The position numbers were made by a program, and so were the translations under genes. Below are positions 13,594 through 26,600 of a DNA stretch of 64,000 bases, one piece after another; the first letter of the stretch is position 1; each line of letters opens with the position of its first letter. This stretch comes from Adineta vaga. Taxonomy: Eukaryota; Animalia; Rotifera. Where the stretch lies: NCBI GenBank assembly GCA_021613535.1, contig CP075495.1:7068001-7132000 (forward strand), written 5' to 3'. The notes under the pieces are model-generated. The model made no database searches, was not told the origin of the DNA, and saw only the letters and a list, made by a program, of their open reading frames with translations.

Positions 13594-16067
13594 ATGGTGT
13601 CAAGTCTACTTGCTCGTTGTATAATGTAAAGATATTCACCTTTCTACTTGTATCTAAATACGATTAGCATACTTCTGTTTTGTTTACTTCTTATGATAGT
13701 GTAACAATTGGTACACTCTATCCTGGCTATCGTTCATACAAATCACTTATTAATTCAGATTTACGTGAAGTGGTATGAATTATACTATCTAGACTCAAAT
13801 TTATTCAAATACTTAACAAAGAAAGTGATTTGACATATTCTAGGTGAATTGTCTTCGATATTGGATTGTATTTTCTATATTTATTGCGTGTGAAACAGTA
13901 ACGGATATTCTTCTTTCATGGTAAATGACAGACAATGATTATGTATGTGAACAAATTTTATTATCTTCCTAGGTTTCCATTTTATTATTGGATTAAAATA
14001 TTTGTCGTACTTTGGATGATTTCACCAGCTGGCTCAACAGTTTTATACAAACGTTTTGTTCAACCTGTATTAAAAGAACGTGAACAAGTACGTCATTTTC
14101 ACCTTTTAAAAATCTATTTCGAACTGTTAATATTAAGGATATCGATCAATTACTTGAACAAACAAAACAAAAAGGTTATTCAGCATTAGTTGATATAACA
14201 AATAAAGGTTTTCGTTATGCATCGAATGTGTTTTTAAATACTGCTGTATATGTAAGAATCATTGATGTTCATTCACAAGAAAAAGTCTTAATATCTTTTT
14301 GCTTCATCCTAGGGACAAGCATATCTTGGCGAACATTTAAAACGTTCATTGAGTACAAGTGATATTGGTAATAATCCAACAAAAGGTTTTTCTAATGTAC
14401 CAGCTACATTATATGAAGAAGATGAAGGTTAATATGTTATTTTCAAGAAGAAAATCAACTTAATGCTTTTCATCTCTATTGTAGAAGTAGATCCTCATTT
14501 TAGTAAACGTTTGAAAGAAGATCAAAAATATTTATCTAAAGCTACTATTGATCTTAATCGACGAACACGATCACGTAAGTATATGACAATAAACAATTCT
14601 TTCATTTTTCTTTTCTTTTTCAATTCAATTCATCCATAGTTGCTTTAGGTAATAGATCATCTGTATTTATAATTATATACCGTTTTGATAAGCTTGATTG
14701 AGAAGACATTGCTCATTTAGCTAAGTTAGTTTTCTATCTCTTTAATTGTGATATAGATTTTTTTTCTAAATCAATGATATTTTCGGTCTTTTTGTACTTT
14801 GATATTATATTAATAGATGTATACGACTAGTCATTTCATTTCGAGTACCGTAACATATTTGTTTATTGATCAAGACTACCTTCGATTTCTTACTGTAAAA
14901 TCACCATAATATTCATATGAGATTCGGTACATAGACAAGTCGAAATATCTATTACAATCTATTTTGTCGTATCATATGTGATCAGCTGGAAACTTATTTA
15001 TGTATTTTCAGAAAAATTTTGTTTTTTTGTCGATTTTTCTTGGAAAAATATGTTATTGAATATGAAAAGCAAATAATTCTATTTCGCGTAACATTTATTT
15101 TGACGAACGATACATATAATCTTCAATCTCCCGAGGTTATACACACCGCAGGAAAGAATATCATCATAAGCATATGTTTTAATCAAGGATCTTATATTGG
15201 TAGTTATAGATATCAGCATATACATAAGATTTTCTCTTTTTTTTATTATTTTGCATTGTGGATATTTAGTGTTGACTATTAACCTCTGGTACAAATGTTG
15301 TTTTTGTAATCTAATAGAAAATCCTACGTATTCATCAGCAGTTGATGACATATATCTAGAAAATAGATGAAGTTGTCATATTTTCGAGTATATGTATATC
15401 AAACATAGTTATCTTCATTTATGATGAGTTGTAGCGCGTTGATAGCTAGAAATCAATCGATGTTTTTTTTCTTGAAGTCAACCAGATCAGCAAAAAAAAG
15501 AAGATTAATTCAAGATTATAGAAAAGTTCAATGTATTTTTCTTTTCATTTGTTTTAGAACAACGAGAAAAACTAGACAATGTCGTGGAAGATCCATTGGG
15601 TGAAATGGAAATGACAAAAGTTATGACTCGTAAACCACCGGCACGTGCAGGAAATAAAGTCACTTGTACAGTTGCTTCATCCAATGTGGTAAATAATTTA
15701 TTTTGTTTTCGAAATTCTTTCTCTATGTTGTATCCACTTTTCGATTCTGTAGAAAAACAGGTAATGAGAATTTCACATTGCAACGAGTTCTTTTCTCCTT
15801 ACCTAGTTGTGTTATAGTAGTTATTCTTGATTTACATTTAGCATGTTAAAAATATTCAATCATAGTTGTATGAGCTAATGTTTTGTTTGTATATATATTT
15901 AGAGCACTGCTAATGGAACGACTACAAAACGACAAGTAACGAAAAAGATAACGAAAAAAGCTACAATACAATACACAGCACCAGTTACACATACAACCAC
16001 TAGCTCAAATGACACGGATGATGATGATGATGATATTGACAATGAAAAAGTCCAAAAAAGAACTTAA
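13594..16067 (+). CDS. REEP: Receptor expression-enhancing protein (REEP1-4 type, TB2/DP1/HVA22 domain), multi-exon
   Basis: MVSSLLARCIIVTIGTLYPGYRSYK...RYWIVFSIF..ETVTDILLSWFPFYYWIKIFVVLWMISPAGSTVLYKRFVQPVLKEREQDID...RSLS; low-complexity C-terminal exons. Confidence 0.9.
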
Positions 16068-17122
16068 TTTTTCCTTTTCTATTATTTATCTATCGTTCAT
16101 GCATCTTCATTCGTCTCTTTCTCTCTCTTTCTTTCTTTCTTTTTTCTAAAAACGTTTTTCACACTATCGACTTGACAATTTACGATTTGTACATTTTTTT
16201 CTAGAGAATAAAACGCCATTTTTTTCTTCTGGTTTTTATATTTCATTGAGCAAAGAATATGCATACATATATATATATAAACACATACACACATTTATAA
16301 ATACTGGTGCTGGTCTCGTTCTTTTTTTAAACTTTCTAAAAGATATTTTTTCTGTAAAAATTTGTTCTTTTTTTTGTATCATGGAAATGATGATTTTTTT
16401 AAAAACAAGCAGAAATATATACATAGATTAAATATATTTTCTTTTTTAGTATACAAATTAAGTCAACATGATACATCTAGACTTAAGTATTCGTTTTTTT
16501 GTCTTCATACATCTGATTTTGAATTTTCCTTTGAAATATTTTGCATCGACAATTGATAGAAGTGAATCGACGAACAGTTCATCAATAATATGTCTTTTGT
16601 AATAAATGACTAGGATTGCATGGTGAATATTTGAATAATTACTCGTTTTTCTTCTCTATGAATAGAGAATATATCTTTACTAATTTGATAACCTTGGTTA
16701 GAAACAATCTGTTGTAACTAGTTGGCATTGGGTATGATGCTCGGCGTATTCCTTGAAACTAACTTGCTGACAACTAACGACAACTGTTGTAAATATGTCT
16801 GCGAATGACAGAACGAGTATAATACGGATCTATGAACTCCATTTAAACTCTCTTTTGGACTAGATACCTCTTCACCGTCATATTAATGTTTTCAACTATC
16901 ATTGTCAACATACTTGAACGAAAAATAAACTAAGACATAGATCATTAATTTAATTTGTTTTAACTTTCGAATTTTGATGTTTTTCTCAGAATGTAATTTT
17001 CTTTTCTAATTTAATATTCATTTATTTTAGACATTTCTTTTTTTTCTTCTTATATTATCAATTGAATCTCATTATTTCAATCATATTTTTCTTCTCAAAA
17101 CTAATACAAATACACATGTGCA

Positions 17123-20100
17123 ATGACTCAACAATTTCAAGTTGGCGATTATGTTAATATTGATTTAGAATTAGAAATAGTGCAATCATTTCAACATGGT
17201 CACGGCGGTTGGACAGATAATATGTTTGAATGTTTAGGTGCAACTGGTATTATTCAAAGTCTTGACGAAGATTACGATGTAGTTGTTGTTTATCCGAGTG
17301 GAAATCGATGGACATTAAATCCAGCTTTATTAACTCGAGTCAATTTAACTCCAGAGCAAAAAATTGCTTTACAACGGCAACAAATAACAACTCATCAAGC
17401 ACGAACAACAGCAACAGCCTTACCTCATCAAGGATTGAAAGTTAATGATATGGTACAAATATGTAGTGATTTAGAAAAGATCAAAATATTTCAACGTGGA
17501 CATGGTGAATGGGCAGAAGCTATGGTACCGGTATGTTTTATTTGTAAAATGAGATCAGTCGATTTCGAGATTTTGAATAACAATATTTTAGGCATTGGGA
17601 AAAGTTGGTCGAATTATTCATTTATATGCCGATGGAGATGTTAAAATTCAAGTTGCTGGTGGTTCGTGGATATTCAATCCATTAGCTGTTACTAAAGTTA
17701 ATCAAACACATTGCACAGAAAGTGGAAATGAAGGTATATTGTTTAAAAGAAAGAATTGTTTGTTTTTCTCTTCATCACAAATAAGCATACCTCTTCTCTA
17801 ATATATACACAATTCGATTTAGAATAAATAAGTCTTGATCAACATGAGATGAATACAAATCAATAGAATTCTGTTAGAATATCACGAAGTTAAAGAAGAT
17901 CCGATTAAATAATTTGAGGACGAATTTTTCTATCCGAATGCTTCGGTACTTATCTATTTCATATGAAGATAATTCGCAATAATTAACACATGTCATGTTA
18001 AGAAAACTAATAATTATGAGAATGTATTCGAGATGTTTTCTTTTCCATAGAAGAGTTATTCATAGAATTAATCTATTTAGAACGACTTAATGCTATGTTA
18101 AAAAAATTATTCGATGCGCAAATTACTGGTGATATTCACGAAGAACTTGTTAAAGCATCTGCAAATGGTAAAATTCAAATCAATGAATATTAATCTATTG
18201 AATCTGATTTAATCTATTTTAGGAGATTTAAAACGAGTAGACGATTTATTGAAACGACCCAATGTTGATGTAATGTCATTGTTTTGAAATATTATTTACT
18301 AATAGATCAAATAATTTGTTTAGATCAATGGTGTTTTTGCTGGTCATACAGCTTTACAAGCAGCAGCTCAAAATGGACATATCGAAATCGTTCGTTTACT
18401 CATTCAACAAGATGTTAATACAGAAATTGAAGTAAAAGAAGAAATATGAATATTTTCTAATGTTCGTTCTTTCTTTCTTATGTATATTTTAGGATAAAGA
18501 TGGTGATCGAGCAGTTCATCATGCAGCATTTGGCAATGAACCAATAATATTAGAATTACTCGCTAAAGCAGGCGCCGATTTGAATGCAAGAAATAAACGA
18601 CGACAAACAGCATTACATATTGGTACTTTATTTCATTTCTTTTCATACAATTAAAATCAAATCTTTCTTTTTAGGTGTTTGCAAAGGTCACTTAGATGTA
18701 TGTAAAATTCTTCTGCTGAATGGTGCTCATTCTGGTATACAAGATTCAGATGGTGATACACCATTACATGATGCAATATCAAAACGAAGTGATGATTTAA
18801 TTAATCTTTTACTTGAACATAATGCTGATGTAGCAACATGCAATAATAATGGTTTTAATTCAATTCATCATTCTGCTTTACGGGGCAATTCCTCGTGAGT
18901 CATTAGATCTTATCTTTGTTTTCTTTTCGCTTTCAATTCTTCACAAATAAGCGGTCAATCAGCAGGAAAACAGATATCACACATCTGGACAACAGTCTTC
19001 TTCTTCTTCTTCTTCTTCTTTCCTAATTATCATAAACGTGTCGATTGACCGATTGAAAATATCTATCTAAAAGAAGCTGATTATCTTTCCATATGTTTTT
19101 ATTTTCTTCTAAGAAAAATCACTAAGATTTTCATTGTTTTAACAGAGAACAATGCTAAAGAATAAATTTATACGTTTTGAATGTCTGCTGTTCGTTGTTC
19201 CCTCCATTTGAATTCTTATTGATTTCGTGACGATGATAGTGAAAGCCCTCGGCATACTTCTATTACATTCCATAAGATATCTTTTCAATATGGTCTGTCT
19301 TAGAAGTACGGTTTGGAAACTTTCGATATTCATACTTACATATTGATAAAATGATTTTGAACAAATATATGTATGTATATACATAGACACACTTATATAT
19401 ATATGAATGTAAGAATATGTATAATATATACTTTGGTAAATAAGAATAAGAAAGAAATATCGACGAGTATGAGAATAGAATCGTACATCGCTCTTGTATA
19501 TATACTACTGATGGTTCCTTTTTGTGCGTGTATATGTATATGCACACTCTATTCTTGTACGTAGGCATACGCAAAAGCGAATAGAAGAATCGGGATAGTA
19601 GTAATGTCGAGGCCAAATTTGGCCAACACAAGAAGAAGAAGAAGAAAAAAAGGCGATGCATAAGCATTCGCACTTCTTCTGATTGATATATATATATGTA
19701 CGTATATACAGAAGCAGGAAGTATTTTCGGCTGAAAAAGGAGAGAGAGAGAGGGAGAGAGAGATAAAAAAAGACAACAGCAATAAAATGATGCCGTCTAT
19801 TCTCTTCGGTGATTGATAAGGACGAAAAGGAGATATCAACAAAAGAAGAACGAAGAGAAGATAGAGAAAGAGAAAAATGATGAACAGATGATGATAACTG
19901 AACGAGAATAGAAGTATAACATCTATGAATATCGTTTCCAAAATGAGCAGAGATATTTATAGAATAACATCGCTACTCAATATATAATAGATAAAGATGA
20001 TGCCGTTTCTGGCGTTGACCGACATGAGAAAGAAAAAAAAGCAATCCCCTTGGTAAAAGACAACAATCAGATCATCCATCTCTTCATTCTTCTTTTTATC

Positions 20101-22461
20101 TCATGTTCTACCAGCTGGTTAACATCGCGCAAACTGATCATCGTACCTCATCCATAGTGGCAGCAGACGACCTTTCGCTCATCTAAATCTATATAAATAT
20201 ATATATATATATATAGAAGGAGAGAGAGATAGAGATGTACTAATTCATTTTTAAACAGAACTAAATGATCTTTAATATGATATTATTGAAGTGTTTGATG
20301 AAATAAAAACCTAACAAAAAAAAGCGAAGATGAAAATAAACTAACATTGACTTTTTGTGTTCGTTCTAAAATGTATACTGACGTGTAAAGTGTGAATGTA
20401 AGCTCACACGCACATAGATTCACAATAACATTTTTTTCTCTTCTGTCTCTTCCTTTTTGCTGATTGAACGAGTTTGTGCGTCAGGACGAGTAAAAAAAAC
20501 GATGACTTATTGCCTTCTTTTCTAGTTTTTTCTCTTTCTCTACTTCCCATGCTGCTTGTAACGAACTTAGTCTCATCCTCTTTCTTCTTCTTCTTTTTTT
20601 CTCTATTCAACATCGTGCATTCTCTTCTATTCAGACGCTTCTATTCAAGTGTCTTCTATGACCATGTGTTGGTCATCGACAATATGAAAAGAATTTCTTC
20701 ATGATTGGAATAAAAATGATTTTTTTTTCTTTACGACAGAATCTCTCGAAGGTAATCGATAAAAGAAGAGAAACTTCTTTCTTCTTGATATTCTCCAGCT
20801 GAGTGTTATGTCTTATTATCTGATGAATAACTTGTTTTGTCTATAGCAAATTATTATTATTATTATTGTTGTTGTTGCTGTTATTTCTCTTCATGTTTAT
20901 ATCCGGAAGTATTAGAAATGTACAGAAAAGAAAGAAAATTCTCTGCAATATGGACTGATAATTACTTAGAAAAATATAAATAAATAACTAAAATCGAATG
21001 CTAATATGTCTGTGTATGATTTCGTTTGTTTCAGTGCAATTGAAATGATTGTATCGAAAATTCAAAATCGACAATGGCTTGTTGATGAGAAAAAAGATGA
21101 TGGATTTACAGCCTTACATTTAGCTGCACTTAATGATCATTATCTTGTTGCAGAATTACTTTTGACTAAAGGAAATGCATCCATTAATATACAGAATATA
21201 AGTTTTCAAACTCCACTTCATCTAGCTGTCGGTCGGCAACATCTTCAAATTGTTAATGTACGGAAAAAAAAGCATTTTGTCTCGTTTTTTTCCGAAATCT
21301 AATATTCATTTTCTTTTATTAGTTATTATGTAGTAAAAATGCTAATATTAACCTTGTTGACAAAGATGGTGATACATGTTTACATGAAGCATTAAGACAT
21401 CATACATTATCACAATTAAAACAATTACAAGATGTTGGTGATAGTGGCAAGGTTTGTTTCTGATTTTAAAAAGAAAAATATCGATCGATTTGTTGTTTTT
21501 AGACAATGAATATATTTACAGATACGAATGGCTATGATAAACGACCAAGTGTAGCTATTGCTTGTATATTAGTTAGTTCAGGTGCCGATTTATCAATACG
21601 AAATAAAAAGAATCAAACACCATTCGATCTCTGTCCTGATCCGCATCTCTGTCGACTTTTAACGCAAAAAAACATGTAAATTTCTACGATGAATTTATCT
21701 CGGATAGATTTGACTTTATTTTTAGTGAATATAAACGAGAACATTTGACAAATCAGTCATTATCGGATAGTAGTAGTTCAATTGAATGTCTTGTTTGTTC
21801 GGATAATAAACGAGATACATTATTTCAACCATGTTCACATATTGTTACTTGTCATACGTGTGCAAGTCGAGTAAAAAAATGTCTTCTATGTAAAGAGAAT
21901 GTTCAAACAAGAATTAAAGTAAATTATTGATCTTTAATTTCATTCTTTTCTATATATCTTCACTTATTTCTTTCTTTAGATTGAACAATGTAAAATATGT
22001 TCGGAACGTAAAGCATCTGTTATGTATAAACCATGTGGGCATTTAATTGCTTGTGAAGGTAAGTGAAGAATCAAGTTCAGATAACTATTTTTCTTATGAA
22101 TATTCGTATAGAATGTGCTGGTATAATGCAAGTATGTCTTGTATGTCGAGTGCCAATAGAATCAACAGTATCATTCGAGAAATTATGTTCGGGAAATAAT
22201 GAAAATGTTACATCAAAATCAGAACTATCAAATACATTGGCCATGTCATCGAATAATGTTAGTGATGCCGTTGCATTAGCACGTTTACAACAACAATTAC
22301 AAGAGATTCGTGAACAAGTCCATTGTCCGATCTGTATGGATCGTTTGAAAAATATGGTCTTTCTATGTGGTCATGGTATTTGTCAAAATTGTGGCGATCG
22401 TGTACAAGAATGTCCAATATGTCGAAAGCAAATTGAAAAATCGATTATTTTATATACATAA
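17123..22461 (+). CDS. MIB1: Mind bomb-type E3 ubiquitin ligase (2 Mib repeats, ankyrin repeats, 3 RING fingers)
   Basis: [29 protein letters not shown]...[23 protein letters not shown], ankyrins ([35 protein letters not shown]) and terminal [39 protein letters not shown]. Contains a ~2.1 kb intron (about 18895-21034). Confidence 0.93.
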
Positions 22462-22623
22462 ATTCGAAGAGATCTATCTGTCTATATATATATATATATG
22501 TGTAATATTTTTATTTGTTTTGTGTTTATTTTTTTTTGTTATACATCACTGAGTAAGAAGAAAAAGAATCTCTCTATGTTTGTATGTCAATAATAATATT
22601 TTTTGATGGAAATATTTAATATA

Positions 22624-23290
22624 TTAGGTATTGGATTGATGTACGCCTGAATTTTTTAAACCTTCAAGAATTTCTAAGAATTTAGGGTCATTGTTAAACG
22701 CTGGACTCTAAATTGAGAACGCAAAAAGATTTCAAATTTTCAAAGTTATCGTCTTAAGATAAAAGTTTCTTTACCTCACGTTGTGGAATAGGATTGACAT
22801 TTGATTCATTGGAGTTAATCCCAGGTGGATTTGAGATATTAATTTGATCATAAAATTGATGTGCAATATTCTCGGTGACATCCGATGTGATAAATGATAA
22901 TAGATCGGATTCTTCTTTTGTAGACGAAGGTTGATCTATAGTGTTGGGATGATAATGAATTACCGAAGATGCCGTTTGTTGTTGTTGTTGTTGTTGTTGT
23001 TGAATTAGTGGTTGCACAAATGGCATATGCGTTTGCTGTTGCACGACTGTCTGTTGATACTGCATTTGTGGTGAATGTTGTTGATACTGCATTTGTGGCG
23101 AATGTTGTTGATACTGCATTTGTGGCGAATGTTGTTGATACTGCATTTGTGGTGAATGCTGTTGAAGTATTGTCTGCTGAAACGGTGTTTGTGTCTGTTG
23201 AAATTGGGTCTGTGGTTGATGATGAGGGTGATGTATTGGTTGAAATCCAGGCGGTTGATATGTCATCTGTGGTGAAAATTGCATTGGTAT

Positions 23291-23324
<34 letters not shown>

Positions 23325-26300
23325 GTTGGTACTTGTGTTAGAATCTGTGGTGATGATTCTAATGGCATTGAGAAATTACCACGACCATATTGACGTACAA
23401 CTTGTTCTGCAATGTCTGGACGAGAAAGTAGCTGTTTCAATATTGCTTCGTGATTATTCGCATATGAAGTCGGTTGTGAAGGTGGTCGATTTGATGGAGA
23501 TACAATATTTTGTGGTGATGCAATTGTGTGATTTGAACTGTCATATCCGATGGATCCGTAATCATGAACACTGCATGCATCACGGCTCTTAAAAGAAAGA
23601 AATTTTAAGATTATATAGAAAAGAGAATGATATATCATCCGTACGTTATCAGCTTCAAATGATTTTAGTTGTACTGGTGACCATGGTGTATTTGAATCTG
23701 AGATTAAAAAGAAAAGAGTACGAATAAATCTATATTTATTATTCGTATACCTGGACTATATATCCATGGTTGTTGAGAATGTTGACTATTTATTTCTGAA
23801 TTATCATCGTCAGCATTTCCATCATTAGCACTAAAATATTTCAAATGAAGAAAACATGAATTCAAATCTAAAAGGGTCAAGAAATGAAATGAATTTACTT
23901 TTCTACAAGATCCGTAACTGGTTTGTATTTTTCATCATCTTTCAATAGTTTTTGCAATCGTTTATCTAATTTTAAATTTCATTATCAAATTTTCATTTTA
24001 TGTTCCTAAAAATTTACCATAATATTTCGAAAATTCATTAAATGATAAATAAGTTCTTCCATTTGCTCGATCATCAAAATTAGATAAGATACGTATTCGA
24101 CTAGCATTTTCTGTTTCAGCTGTTGTTACAAATCTACTAATATCAGTTGCTAATGTACTCGAATCAAATGTACGATTTTGTAGTTTTTTCGTTCGATCTA
24201 AATAGAAAAGAATAGTTTTTTTTTCTCAAAAGAAATTACAATTATGAACAATTTACCATTGTATATATCTACACGAACAGCACAAGGAGCAAGTTTCACA
24301 GATCGACTAGCTGCTACAGCTGATGCAACCAGACTATAATCAATTCGAATTGTATTAAAACGAAGTCCAATGACTGGACAATCGGACACAGATGATTGAA
24401 CGATTGCTTCAGCAGCTCGTTCACTGTTACATATACCAAGAAATAGTCTTTTGAACAAAAAAAAAGAAGATAACATTTTATAATTATTCACGATAATACT
24501 TCGACGAACTTACCCATCAGCATGAAACATAGCAAGAATTGGATGTTTCGCCATAAATTCCACTTGATAGACAAAATTAACCAAAAAATCCTGAAAAATT
24601 TCCTATAAAATGTATGAAAATTCATAATCTGAACATACCAGATAAATATCTTCTAATAGCTGAGAGTTATTTCTTTGAACTAGAAATAAAGATACGACAA
24701 TGAAAACATCAGATTTTCCTATTACTTTTGGCTTTGGATAATTCTTGTTCAATATATATATTAATACATGAATTAGGAGCAACACCAGTTCGATGAATGA
24801 AATAACGTTGGAGAAAATATAGAATTGTTTCAACATTAATCGGTTTGTTCTAAAACCATTAGAATGAAATATTTTGAGAAAATCAAATCATTGTCATACG
24901 CGAGAACATCGTTTGATATCTTCAAGTATAACACGTGTTAATAATTGTGGAATTTGATTATTATGAGCACCAATACCGAATACTAATGATTCTAATGCAA
25001 ATTGAAATACTGGTGGTGTTTTACTATCCAATATATTCAGCTAAAATCAATTAAAAATGAAGATGAATTAAGAAGCAAATTTGATTTACTTGAAGTTTTA
25101 TCGCAAATTTAAATGAATGTAATAATTGAGCAAAACGAACACGTGTATCAGATTTTGATGATTGTTCAATTGTTATAAAAGATACTTCAGCACAAAGAAA
25201 TGTTCGATATTTACCACCGCCTGTTTGAACTTGACAAGCTTTCCATGAAATACTACGTGGTTCTTCTAGTTTATAATAATCTGATGATGGACATAAACTT
25301 GGCTCTAAGTAGAACGTTAGATTTTCTAGACAATATGATTATTTTAAACAAATATCTCATACCAATATCGTAGAGTTCTATTACATCAGGATATAATTGC
25401 ATGAAATCATATAATAATGAAATGATTATAACAGATATTTTGGCTGTATATTCACCAGGACCTTTTCGTTCATAGATTGTCACTGGATTAACACCTGAAT
25501 GTGGTTGAGAAACAATCATAAATGAACTAGCAGATTATAAACAAATGAAAATTTCATTTTTCGCATAAAAATTTTCTTACCTGCGAAATACAGCTTCAAA
25601 TTCATTATTCAATGGTTGAGATTGACGTGTCTTTGTCGTTGTAGATATCTTAGTCATTAATGACTTTAAATGCTCCGTAGTTCTAAATAAAAGAGAATAA
25701 ATCACATATTCTCCTATATAACTATCGTATAACATACCTGCTTTGTAGATAAACTAGATTTTTTGGATTATTAACTTCTGCATCATTCTGATAGAATAAT
25801 CTACGTATTTCTTGTGCGTTTTTTCGTATGTTAAACTCGTATTCACGCCTGGTAAAATCCTAAATATATATATATATATACTGGTTGTTTTTAAAATCAT
25901 TTCATCGAAATTAACTTACGTAAGAATTAGGAGAAAATTGTTCATCTGTCATTTTATATTGCATATCCAGTCGAGTGTCAGATATCAATCGAGCAAATCG
26001 TGTTTCATTCTTTAATTTACAAAAAATAACCGAACAAACATTTCTATTGAGAAAAAGAAACTAAACGAAGATAGTTGAATGCTTACTTCTTTGATGTAAT
26101 GTATTAATCGATCGAGCATTAAACATTTTTCAATAGATGCATCAATCTCAGGTAAATTGTCACGTTTATCTTCTAGTATTCCAGTAAAATTGGTTTGTTG
26201 TCTAAAATTCAAAACAAAAATAAAGAACGAAACATTTATATTTGAATCGATTATAAAATTTACCCTGATCGACTTCGTTTTTCACTATCATCGATAATAT

Positions 26301-26600
26301 CAGAAAAATTTATATCACCAACTGATTTTCGTGTTAGAAATGCTTGAACACCAATTGTTTTATCAGAATATTCATTTGTAGCCAGAAAATCATAACAATC
26401 AAGAAGACTATGTATAGTATTCTAAAATAAAACATTTGAAATTTCTTTATATTATGAAATCAAATGATATACCGATTGTGTTGCTGATGTAACTGGTTGC
26501 TCTAGAAAAATAATGAAATGAACATTAAGATGAGAATGAGAGAGCCTCACGAATACATACGCGTTGGTAATGATCGTTTTTTTTTATTACTACCACTCAT
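22624..26600 (-). CDS. Divergent STAT-like transcription factor (copy A): DBD-like, linker, SH2-like, Tyr motif, Gln-rich tail; many small exons
   Basis: Spliced translation gives SFMIVSQP...EYTAKISVII (STAT FvvekQP..FtakvRll), ESLVFGIGAHNNQIPQLLTRVIL (STAT SLPVVVIvHgsQ..awasilW), FHADGLFLGICNSERAAEAI...IGLRFNT (STAT WndGyImGFisKe....FLLRFS) and DEKYKPV after the SH2, then a poly-Q region. Confidence 0.7.
23052..23164 (-). repeat. Coding tandem repeat, 27-bp unit x ~4 (QQHSPQMQY)
   Basis: Plus-strand unit tgttgatactgcatttgtgg(t/c)gaatg(t/c) repeated four times, flanked by (CAA)n poly-Gln runs. Confidence 0.9.

Noticed and set aside
18895-21034. Several ORFs and GA/TA/GAA microsatellites inside the large mind bomb intron
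   Set aside because: Low-complexity F/L/Y/K translations with no domain motifs, terminal repeats or transposase signatures.
23052-23164. 27-bp direct repeats as a possible CRISPR array
   Set aside because: No unique spacers, in-frame within a eukaryotic exon, and no cas genes.
22969-23592. 207-aa Val-rich plus-strand ORF with VVDTAFVAN repeats
   Set aside because: It is the antisense shadow of the poly-Gln/QQHSPQMQY exon of the STAT-like gene; CAA repeats give stop-free GTT runs.
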